From contig JAFUXF010000012.1 in NCBI GenBank assembly GCA_017477185.1, forward strand, positions 2,850 to 66,849: a stretch of 64,000 nt of DNA. The letters are read 5' to 3'. This document shows positions 16,121 through 23,880 of this stretch, in pieces. A program made the position numbers and the translations under genes. How positions within the stretch are numbered: the first letter of the stretch is position 1; the number at the start of each line of letters is the position of its first letter. The notes beneath the pieces were generated by a model. That model searched no databases. It was not told where the DNA came from and saw only the letters and a list, made by a program, of their open reading frames with translations. The DNA comes from Alphaproteobacteria bacterium. Lineage in GTDB: Bacteria > Pseudomonadota > Alphaproteobacteria > RF32 > CAG-239.

Positions 16121-17254
16121 TTAAAATGCTATAGGTAAAAAACGTTTTATTACTTCGGCAACCATGTCAACAGGTATTGCATTACCTGCTTGTTTGCGAG
16201 TTTGGCAATCAGATACTACAATTTTAAAAGTTTCTGGAAATCCTTGTAATCTAAGCATTTCTCTAGGGGTTAATCTCCTTTCTCCATTTACTAAAAGGTA
16301 ATTATAACTTGCTCCAGCCCTTAATGCACAACTATATGGATAAGAAGATATATTTCCTGATTTATTTTCGTGCCATATTGCTGGATAATATTTAGAAGTG
16401 TGCATAGCTTTTCTTTTAGAGATAATATCTTTAGATGCATAATATTTTTTATCGACAACTTTATCCAATATATCACTTAAAGTTTTTTGTTTTTCTACTT
16501 TAAAATTCCAATCCATCTTAAAAGGTTTTTTAGCCCCTAATATCAAAACTCTTTCTCTTTTTTGAGGTAGCCCAAAATCTAAAGCATTTAACAAATGATA
16601 ATCTACGTAATAACCTAATTCATCTCTTAGTACTTCTATAATAGTTCTAATAGTCTTTCCATTATTATGACTAGCTAGATTTTTAACATTTTCTAAGACA
16701 AAAGCTTGTGGTTGTTTTGCTTTTATAATACGTGCTATATCAAAAAATAATGTTCCTCTTGTCGTATCTTCGAAACCTTTTCTTAAACCACATATAGAAA
16801 ATGTTTGACAAGGAAATCCTCCAAATAATAAATCAAATGTAGGAATCTGAGAAGCTTTTATTTTTGTTATATCTCCTGCAGGTCTCTCACTAAAATTTGC
16901 TTCATATGCCTCTTGTGCATATTTATCTATATCGCTACTAAAAACACATTTTCCTTTTATATTTAACTGATCAAAAGCTTTTTGAGATGCATATCTGAAA
17001 CCACCTATTCCACAAAATAAATCTACAAAACTCATTTTTTTTGGTAAAATCTTGCCGTGATTATGTTCTATATCCATGAATAACTTATCTATACTAACAT
17101 TTAACATTTTTGATAATTTCATAGCTATTACAATAGATGGTGTTACTGTATTTTTCTCTATTTTAGAAAGATATGTACGACTGATACCTGCTATTTTAGC
17201 AAGTTCAATTTGTGTAATGTGTTTTTCTTTTCTAATTTTAGCGACATTATTCAT
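16121..17254 (-). CDS. DNA (cytosine-5) methyltransferase with N-terminal XRE-type HTH
   Basis: HTH ITQIELAKIAGISRTYLSKIE. Motif I DLFCGIGGF. Motif IV GGFPCQTFS. Motif VI ENV. Also QKRERV, and the C-terminal RRLTPREMLRLQGFP and GNAIPV. Confidence 0.92.
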   Translation of the reverse strand: MNNVAKIRKEKHITQIELAKIAGISRTYLSKIEKNTVTPSIVIAMKLSKMLNVSIDKLFMDIEHNHGKILPKKMSFVDLFCGIGGFRYASQKAFDQLNIKGKCVFSSDIDKYAQEAYEANFSERPAGDITKIKASQIPTFDLLFGGFPCQTFSICGLRKGFEDTTRGTLFFDIARIIKAKQPQAFVLENVKNLASHNNGKTIRTIIEVLRDELGYYVDYHLLNALDFGLPQKRERVLILGAKKPFKMDWNFKVEKQKTLSDILDKVVDKKYYASKDIISKRKAMHTSKYYPAIWHENKSGNISSYPYSCALRAGASYNYLLVNGERRLTPREMLRLQGFPETFKIVVSDCQTRKQAGNAIPVDMVAEVIKRFLPIAF

Positions 17255-17284
17255 TAAGCGTTTCTTTCAAAAATGTAAACTAAG

Positions 17285-17302
17285 ATGTACAGAATATTAC
17301 AT
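17285..17302. promoter_or_regulatory. inverted repeat ATGTA-N8-TACAT upstream of the HTH-methyltransferase (possible C-box-like operator)
   Basis: A third ATGTA lies at 17273-17277. All are within the 98-bp gap before the MTase start. Confidence 0.3.
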
Positions 17303-17352
17303 ATCGCTCTATAAAAGTCTATTTCTTTTTAATATATGCACATTTAATAATT

Positions 17353-17817
17353 TTATTTTCTTTCGTTTTTAATGTTTTCTCTGAAAGATGCAACCAGATC
17401 TTGAACTTGTATTACACAATCACGATCTAATCGAAACATTTGTGTTTGAAATGTCCCTCCTGTTGCTTTTGATTTAATCTCGTTAAAATCTCTAATATAG
17501 TCAACAATATCTCTATTTAGTAAGGTTTTATATTTTTTATTTATGATTGTTAAACTTGAAGAAATATTTTTCCCTTTATATGTAATTTCACTAGCTCTTA
17601 AAGTACGTTCATCTTGTGAAAGTCCCGCAACCATCCAATATTGGCGACAAAGTTCGAGATAAGTATCTATATCTTTAACTATTTCATTTAATTCATCATT
17701 GAATTTATTTAATTTTAATTGTTGTGATAATTTAATTTCTTTATACCAACTAACACCAGCAGCTGCTACTGAACTTATAGCAGAAACTACACTGACAATT
17801 GTACTAATACTACACAT
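17353..17817 (-). CDS. single-pass membrane protein (putative effector of the GHKL/STAS module)
   Basis: N-terminal TM segment SISTIVSVVSAISSVAAAGVSWY followed by ~125 aa predicted helical. AAGGAAG RBS. Overlaps the upstream gene by 8 nt. Confidence 0.6.
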   Translation of the reverse strand: MCSISTIVSVVSAISSVAAAGVSWYKEIKLSQQLKLNKFNDELNEIVKDIDTYLELCRQYWMVAGLSQDERTLRASEITYKGKNISSSLTIINKKYKTLLNRDIVDYIRDFNEIKSKATGGTFQTQMFRLDRDCVIQVQDLVASFRENIKNERK

Positions 17818-18139
17818 TTTTTGCTTCCTTTAAATATCCTTTTAGCAAAGGTATCAATGTATCGTCATCACTGCATGTAAATTCAATTTTTGCAGTCACT
17901 TCATCGTACGAAAAACCATCTTCTGTAATTAAAGAAACAAACGCTTCATCCCAAAAAGAAGAACCAACACCACATAAACCGTTAAGGTTAATAATAATTT
18001 TTTCAACATTCCTATCTCTCAGTGGTTCTACCAAAAACTCTTTTCTAAATTTTTCTCCACTATAAGGTCCGTCATTATAAAAACGCCCCGCAGGGACTTT
18101 ACTAAAGTCATTGGCTATAGATATATTTTTTATTTCCAT
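17810..18139 (-). CDS. STAS-like (DUF4325-type) small protein
   Basis: I prefer the start at MEIKNIS (AGGAGG upstream). IIINLNGLCGVGSSFWDEAF is typical of DUF4325/STAS-like partner domains. Confidence 0.6.
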   Translation of the reverse strand: MEIKNISIANDFSKVPAGRFYNDGPYSGEKFRKEFLVEPLRDRNVEKIIINLNGLCGVGSSFWDEAFVSLITEDGFSYDEVTAKIEFTCSDDDTLIPLLKGYLKEAKNV

Positions 18140-18147
18140 ATGTCCTC

Positions 18148-19161
18148 CTATTGTAAACGAACTTTCCACTGAATTAATGTACCTTTTAGAGATTCTTCTC
18201 TATTCTTTACAGATTCTGTACCTTCAGAAAGATACATATATTCTCCTCGATAACTAAATATTTTTAACATTCCTTCTATATTTGATGTAATATAATCTTT
18301 TATATCCTTCAAGCCTTTTCCTCGAGTCTTCTGTTTTGTTGATGTTCTACTTAGTTGAGTTGCAGCTTGTATCCTCTGTGCATCATCATTAAGTAACCCT
18401 CCAAAACTTTTAAAATATTCCGTATGTGTTCTAGGTAAAGAATTAGGTATTCCTATACCTTCATCATAAAACATTATTGTTAACATCTTATTTTTAATAT
18501 TTAAGGACGCAGACATCCACCATAGTCGTTTTTTTAATAAATTATTTGATAAATAATCTTCTGGATATGCGTGATTTATTGAGTTTGTCATAGCTTCTGT
18601 TAAACCTTTTTGCAGTGCTCTAGGAGAAGGTACAGAACCTTGAATTAAGGCTGATAATAAAGTTCCAAGTTTTAAAGCATCTTCACCTGAAGCTATATCT
18701 CCAGCTTGAAATGGTATATAAAAATCTTCACTATCATTTTTTTCATAATTAAATTTTGCAGGTAGATTACTGACATTTAAGAGCTCAAACATTCCCATGT
18801 CCCTAAGTTGTAATCGAATATTTCTATCCCATTTTTTAAAATCTATTACCCTCATTCTCCTAAAACACTTTATACGTTTTATCCTATCTATTTCGGCTGT
18901 AAAAGCTAATGCAGCTGCCGGAGATATTTTTTTTAATGGTTTAAAATCAATAATGAATCTTTTTTTTGTCTCCTCGCAAGCAGATCTTAATTTATTAAAA
19001 AATTTTACTGTCTCATCATAATTTTCATTAAGATTCATATTTTCTGGTGTCTTAATGTTTTCTAAGGCATACTTTCGATGTCGTTTATTTTTTTTGAAAA
19101 TAGAGCGACGTATTTTATTCAATAAATATTTTTTATGTTCTTCTGATAGTTTTTTCATCAA
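18148..19161 (-). CDS. GHKL-type ATPase (HATPase_c-like) with N-terminal STAS-like region
   Basis: N-box-like EAMTNSINHAYP. G1-like YDEGIGIP. G2-like TRGKGLKDI. The N-terminal half has IIDFKPLKKISPAAALAFTAEIDRI. Confidence 0.7.
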   Translation of the reverse strand: MMKKLSEEHKKYLLNKIRRSIFKKNKRHRKYALENIKTPENMNLNENYDETVKFFNKLRSACEETKKRFIIDFKPLKKISPAAALAFTAEIDRIKRIKCFRRMRVIDFKKWDRNIRLQLRDMGMFELLNVSNLPAKFNYEKNDSEDFYIPFQAGDIASGEDALKLGTLLSALIQGSVPSPRALQKGLTEAMTNSINHAYPEDYLSNNLLKKRLWWMSASLNIKNKMLTIMFYDEGIGIPNSLPRTHTEYFKSFGGLLNDDAQRIQAATQLSRTSTKQKTRGKGLKDIKDYITSNIEGMLKIFSYRGEYMYLSEGTESVKNREESLKGTLIQWKVRLQ

Positions 19162-19236
19162 TAACCTTTACTATTCGTAGCAATTATATTGAGTTATTAT
19201 CTTTCAATCAAGGATATTTTATATCTTTTTATCCCT

Positions 19237-19554
19237 TCACGCCACATAATACGAACTTATCTTTTTACCATTCTTGCATACATTTTCCTGATATAACAAG
19301 CCATTTTCATCATATAATTTAACCGTACCGTGCATTTTACCATTTTTATAAGGTATCGCCATAAATAGCTTTCCGCTCTTTCTATTGTAGACACGCATGA
19401 TCCCATTAAGTGGATTGTTTTGTAAATCATAGCGGATATTATTCTTAAAAACAGTATTCTGCGGTGTATATTCCTCTTGTGCCTGACAATTAAAGCTAAA
19501 CAAACTGATTATAACAACCACTAATATGCTTAATTTATTGAAATACACAAACAT
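19237..19554 (-). CDS. secreted MORN-repeat-variant (YwqK-like) protein
   Basis: I prefer the start at MFVYFNKLSILVVVIISLFSFNCQAQ, which is a signal peptide. Repeats are G-x-x-x-x-Y-x-x-x-G and KNGKMHGTVKLYDENG. Confidence 0.65.
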   Translation of the reverse strand: MFVYFNKLSILVVVIISLFSFNCQAQEEYTPQNTVFKNNIRYDLQNNPLNGIMRVYNRKSGKLFMAIPYKNGKMHGTVKLYDENGLLYQENVCKNGKKISSYYVA

Positions 19555-19672
19555 TTGCGTTCCTCCGTGTTGAACTTGATTATAATAAGTTTTACAGATA
19601 ACGCAAGAATTATCCGATCTACAAATGCCAAATATTGACACTAGTTAAAGATATTAAATTTACGTTGTGGAA

Positions 19673-20995
19673 TTACTCCAACTCCAACAACCACTCTAAC
19701 ACATTCAAACGTTTAATGCCTTTAGTATTGCCTGAGCCATAGTCCATAGAGAGCAAAAACTTCGGGTAATTGTCTTCGATTTCCTCTAATGGAGCTAATT
19801 CGCGTTTTAATACTTCCGGCTCCAGTGCATACAAAGCAACTTGGTAATATTCGACTTCACCAACACTTTTTTGAGCCACAAAATCAACTTCAATATTTTT
19901 ACCGCCTTTATTGATTTTACCGACAGACACTTGATAGCCACGTCGCAACAACTCTAAATATACGACATTTTCTAAAATATGCCCTTGATCCATATCTTCA
20001 TGACCAAGCAGAGCTGTACGCAAGCCAATATCAGCCACATAATATTTAGCACTATTCTCTAAAAGCTGTTTGCCTTTAATATCATAGCGGTCGCATTTAT
20101 ACATCAAATAGCTGTCGATTAAACCTTGTATATAGGTTGATATTGTCGGGACTGAAACACTAAAACCACCTGCTTTCAACCCTTTTTCAATATTTCGAAC
20201 CGACGTTTCATTGCCGATATTATCAAATAAATAACGCACCACCGCATCCAGTTTATTGGTATCACTGATTTTGAAGCGACGAACAATGTCTTTTTGAATA
20301 GTGTTGCGATATACCGTGTCCATCAAGTAGTCATTAATAAGTTGTCTATCGTATAAAAAATCTAATGTCTGAGGAAATCCACTTTTTTTAATGTAATGGG
20401 AATAAACTCCTAGCGGGTTACGAGTATCTTCCATTTCTTTAATCGTTAAAGCGTGTATAGGCGCTCTCATCGTGTAATCTGAATAATACTCTTTGAAAGA
20501 CAATGGTTGCATTTTGATTTCTACATAGCGACCGCCCAAAGTATTTGCCAAATCAGAAGAGAACATATAAGCATTAGAGCCAGTCAAATAAACATCAACA
20601 TTCTCGTGTAACCGAAGTGTATTAGCCACTCTCTGCCAATCACGCAATAATTGTATCTCATCAAGAAAGACATAATTCATTATTTGCGGTTTTAATCGTG
20701 CAACCACATAATCAAGCAGTTTGTTATAATCTGTTAAAAAGCCTTCTTTGTCATACTCTAAACCAATTTCTCTGGTTTTCATCAGGTCTTCAAGATTGAT
20801 ATTAATAATGTTGATTTTCTGTTTTTTATTATGGCTCTCAATTTCAAGATCCATTTGATAAAGTGAAAACAACTTCGATTTGCCGCACCGTCTTACGCCT
20901 GTTATGATTTTAATTAAATCCTGTTGAGACCGCCATTTTTGAAGTTGAGCGATATATGTTGGTCTTCCAATTAAATGTTCGACAGCTTTTTTCAT
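19673..20995 (-). CDS. AAA-superfamily ATPase with DUF4143-like C-terminal domain (COG1373-type)
   Basis: Walker A GVRRCGKS and Walker B VFLDEIQ. Overall architecture is typical of this family. Confidence 0.8.
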   Translation of the reverse strand: MKKAVEHLIGRPTYIAQLQKWRSQQDLIKIITGVRRCGKSKLFSLYQMDLEIESHNKKQKINIININLEDLMKTREIGLEYDKEGFLTDYNKLLDYVVARLKPQIMNYVFLDEIQLLRDWQRVANTLRLHENVDVYLTGSNAYMFSSDLANTLGGRYVEIKMQPLSFKEYYSDYTMRAPIHALTIKEMEDTRNPLGVYSHYIKKSGFPQTLDFLYDRQLINDYLMDTVYRNTIQKDIVRRFKISDTNKLDAVVRYLFDNIGNETSVRNIEKGLKAGGFSVSVPTISTYIQGLIDSYLMYKCDRYDIKGKQLLENSAKYYVADIGLRTALLGHEDMDQGHILENVVYLELLRRGYQVSVGKINKGGKNIEVDFVAQKSVGEVEYYQVALYALEPEVLKRELAPLEEIEDNYPKFLLSMDYGSGNTKGIKRLNVLEWLLELE

Positions 20996-21386
20996 TGTTT
21001 TTCTCCTTTATAGATATTATATTTTACAAAAACACAAAAATCAAGTATTTTGTAAAATACATTTAACAAAATATATAAAATATTATTTTTGTAAAATGGA
21101 ATTGAAATAGTACTCATAATTCGTATTTTTTTGCGATTGTATGCGTTTTTTACTTTTTACGCATAACTTATCGGTTTTGACCGTTTTCGTGCGTGTACGT
21201 GCGAAAAAACCGCATTAAAATCGATTTATAACTTATTGTTATCAACAACTTTTTTCTATATAACACATTGATTTTATTTAATATCTAAAAATAATTTAAT
21301 TTTTTAAAAAATTTTTGAGACATTTTTAATCGAATATGTTATAAAAATTGATATAATCGTGAGGAAGTGTGTCCGAATGATTATGT

Positions 21387-21484
21387 AAGACCCTTAGAGG
21401 TCTTTTTTTATGTCTGAATAAGAAATTTATTCAGGTATTTTTTTAACCGTAAAAGCTGTGCAGTAATGTACAGCTTTTTTTATT
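21387..21484 (+). terminator. three consecutive intrinsic-terminator-like hairpins
   Basis: AAGACC/GGTCTT with T7 (21387-21409). CTGAATAA/TTATTCAG with T8 (21414-21444). AAAAGCTGT/ACAGCTTTT with a T run (21451-21484). A TG-n-TATAAT extended -10 lies at about 21347-21356. Confidence 0.45.
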
Positions 21485-21514
21485 TTAAATTTATTAGAAA
21501 AGGAAAAACTAAAT

Positions 21515-22414
21515 ATGTTTAATAATAACAATAATTACAATTCTCAGGGTGTTCCTTCATATGTGGCTTACGGCGGTGTTCCTGTCGGTATTCCTAAGGG
21601 TTCTGTTCCGCAAAATGCTACCGGAGGGGCTGTCCCTCAATGGAGTTTGGGACAACAAAGCACAACTTCCGCTTTTGGACAGCCAATCCAACTTGTTCAG
21701 AACAATGTACCTATTGAGGAAGAAAAAGCTACTTTAGGTTTTACCAAAGAAATTCCCAATACTATTGCAGGAAGCGGAAATATTCTTCCGCAACCTGATT
21801 ATAGTATACAAAATTCATCTCCTAATCTAGGTTTAGAAGTTCTACAAAATCAGATTAAATCTTTTGAAAGAAAGGTTCCCTATCCATATAAAGATATTGG
21901 CGGATTACCTACTTGGGGATATGGACATATGGATAAAACAGAAGAAGGATTTATGGCTCAGCCTTGGATAAATAAAACGACCGGACTTCCTGCAACAGAG
22001 CAAGAAAAATTATCAGAATATAATAAGTTTTTGCAATTGCCGTATGGTCAAGAATATGGAGCTAATTATTACAAAAATAAAACTAATTTATTTTTATCAG
22101 ACAAAGACATAGATTCATTATTAGCTAAAGATATCTCGGATAAAAATAAAAATCTTCAAAATTTTCCGTATTACAATAATTTCAGCCAAACAATCAAAAA
22201 TGCTCTTATTGATTCTGAATTTAATACAGGGCAAGTTGTTTCAGGTTATCCTCTATTACATAGCGAAGCAAATAAATTAGGAACTAGCAATTTTGATTTA
22301 GATGCTTTCTGCGGAAATCTGCATAGAGCTGATAGTAATAATCCTACAATGCAGGAAAGAAATGATTGGACACTTAATCAATGTCTAAATGGGTATATCA
22401 TTCCAAGAAAATAG
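21515..22414 (+). CDS. lysozyme-like (GH24-type motif) protein with N/Q/G/P-rich N-terminus
   Basis: FERKVPYPYKDIGGLPTWGYGH resembles the E...PY-x-D...G-x-x-T-x-GYGH catalytic region of phage-type lysozymes. There is no classical signal peptide. Confidence 0.55.
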   Translation: MFNNNNNYNSQGVPSYVAYGGVPVGIPKGSVPQNATGGAVPQWSLGQQSTTSAFGQPIQLVQNNVPIEEEKATLGFTKEIPNTIAGSGNILPQPDYSIQNSSPNLGLEVLQNQIKSFERKVPYPYKDIGGLPTWGYGHMDKTEEGFMAQPWINKTTGLPATEQEKLSEYNKFLQLPYGQEYGANYYKNKTNLFLSDKDIDSLLAKDISDKNKNLQNFPYYNNFSQTIKNALIDSEFNTGQVVSGYPLLHSEANKLGTSNFDLDAFCGNLHRADSNNPTMQERNDWTLNQCLNGYIIPRK

Positions 22415-22472
22415 ATGACAAATAAATTATTATGTTTATTATTATATCTATAATTGATTTTAGGGAGTATAG

Positions 22473-23321
22473 ATGAAAAAAATTTTTTCTTGCATATGTG
22501 TGCTTATCTGCCTTTGGAACACTAATACTCTCGCCGAAGCCAAATGTGATACTTACATTATGGGTAAATGTTTTTCATGCCATTCACCTATAACCTTTGA
22601 AATTTCATCTGATGAAATTTGTCAGATGATTTGCCCTGAACGCATTGTTATACATTCTTGGAAAAGTTCTTTTTGCGCTCTGAGCAAATGTCCAAAATCA
22701 TACCCATATCGTGATGAAAAAACAGGAGACTGCCGTTTATCTCAACAAACACCTATGGACATTGAGCTTAATAAAATTAATATTGAAGAACATACAAACA
22801 AAGAAAAATATAGTATTCCTGCAAAAAATAATAAATGTCCTAAGAATAAACCTCTTTTATCAAAAGGCTTTTGTTATCCTTGTGATTATAAATATCCTCT
22901 GTTCATAAATAAAGAATTATTAAAATATTGTCCTAATCGAATAAACATTCCTTATCCTTGGATAAAAGATCATAATGAAATTCTTACGTATCTTATTTGC
23001 CCCAAAGATAGACCTTTATATCACTGGAGCGGAGAATGCTATCCTTGCAATTATCCGGATACCGTACCTGTTTTAACGCAATGCCTTGAAGATAAAAAAA
23101 TATGTGACGTCTGCCCAAATAGAACCATTTTGCCTTTATCTGGAGGCAATAGACCGAGTGTCTTAAATTGTCCGAAAGACAAGCCTTTAATGGATATTAA
23201 CGGGATTTGTTTTAGTTGTGATACACCATTAAAAATTAATATTACTGAAATGGAAGATTCTTGTCATAAAAACTGTTCTAATCAAAGAGTCTTACAAGGG
23301 AATTTATGTGTAAAGAAGTAA
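22473..23321 (+). CDS. secreted cysteine-rich repeat protein
   Basis: Signal peptide MKKIFSCICVLICLWNTNTLA. Four CPK(S/N/D)-x-P-x(7-10)-C-x-x-C units: CPKSYPY, CPKNKPL, CPKDRPL and CPKDKPL. Confidence 0.7.
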   Translation: MKKIFSCICVLICLWNTNTLAEAKCDTYIMGKCFSCHSPITFEISSDEICQMICPERIVIHSWKSSFCALSKCPKSYPYRDEKTGDCRLSQQTPMDIELNKINIEEHTNKEKYSIPAKNNKCPKNKPLLSKGFCYPCDYKYPLFINKELLKYCPNRINIPYPWIKDHNEILTYLICPKDRPLYHWSGECYPCNYPDTVPVLTQCLEDKKICDVCPNRTILPLSGGNRPSVLNCPKDKPLMDINGICFSCDTPLKINITEMEDSCHKNCSNQRVLQGNLCVKK

Positions 23322-23489
23322 ATCACGTCATTCCCGTTGCAAACCGTTACCCGCAGCCGATTAAAGGTGATTTATGTTATTAGCAGTGCTAATAACTTTT
23401 GCTAATAACTTTAAGGTTTACACCCCAGCTTGTTTTTAGTTAAGTGATTGATTTTACGCAATAACAAGGTTTGTGGCTATGTATTGTAT

Positions 23490-23509
23490 GAATCCTGCCA
23501 CCCCAGCCA
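23490..23509 (+). repeat. right copy of 20-bp direct repeat (displaced tRNA-Gln 3' end), att-like
   Basis: GAATCCTGCCACCCCAGCCA is identical to 803-822. The upstream flank is not tRNA-like. Confidence 0.75.
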
Positions 23510-23567
23510 CCACAGACAAAGGACTTAAATTAACATTTAAGCCATTGTTTTTTAATAAAAATATCGA

Positions 23568-23623
23568 GTTCGGATGTCAAAAGTTCAAAAGATAGCTTTT
23601 TTTAAGGACATCCGAACTTTTTT
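23568..23623 (+). terminator. long-stem hairpin with T-run (probable native terminator downstream of the original tRNA-Gln 3' end)
   Basis: GTTCGGATGTC-N28-GACATCCGAAC followed by TTTTTT, located 59 nt after the right direct repeat. Confidence 0.5.
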
Positions 23624-23880
23624 ATGTAACAATCTTGGAAAATCAGCATATTAAGATGGTTTGAATCCAGCCTCTTATTTTGAGCAAACTTTGGCAAAGA
23701 AAAGTTTTTGACGCTTGCAACGATTTATTTAAGCGTTCTTATTACGCGTAGGCAGTCCTGCCAAGTATGCTTTTTTCAGTAAAACAACCTGTGTTTTATA
23801 AAATGCAAGTTTAAATCATTAAAAACTGTTTTACTTTTTCTTAAATCACGTCATTATAATATAGTAGTAGAGGAAATAAA

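Larger units (their letters stand above)
803..23509. mobile_element. ~22.7-kb integrative genomic island at tRNA-Gln with defence, effector and replication modules
   Basis: A tRNA gene sits at one end with a 20-bp direct repeat at both ends. A serine recombinase abuts the tRNA. Cargo is made of defence and accessory genes. The left limit could instead be 606 if the element carries its own tRNA-Gln. Confidence 0.7.

Noticed and set aside
19555-19641. 29-codon N-terminal extension of the MORN-repeat ORF
   Set aside because: The internal Met starts a clear signal peptide (MFVYFNKLSILVVVIISLFSFNCQAQ). The extension is Cys-rich with no RBS.
23421-23429. CACCCCAGC, a second partial match to the tRNA-Gln acceptor 3' strand, 60 nt inside the island's right end
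   Set aside because: At only 9 nt it is too short to distinguish from chance. I note it as a possible older att scar but do not call it.
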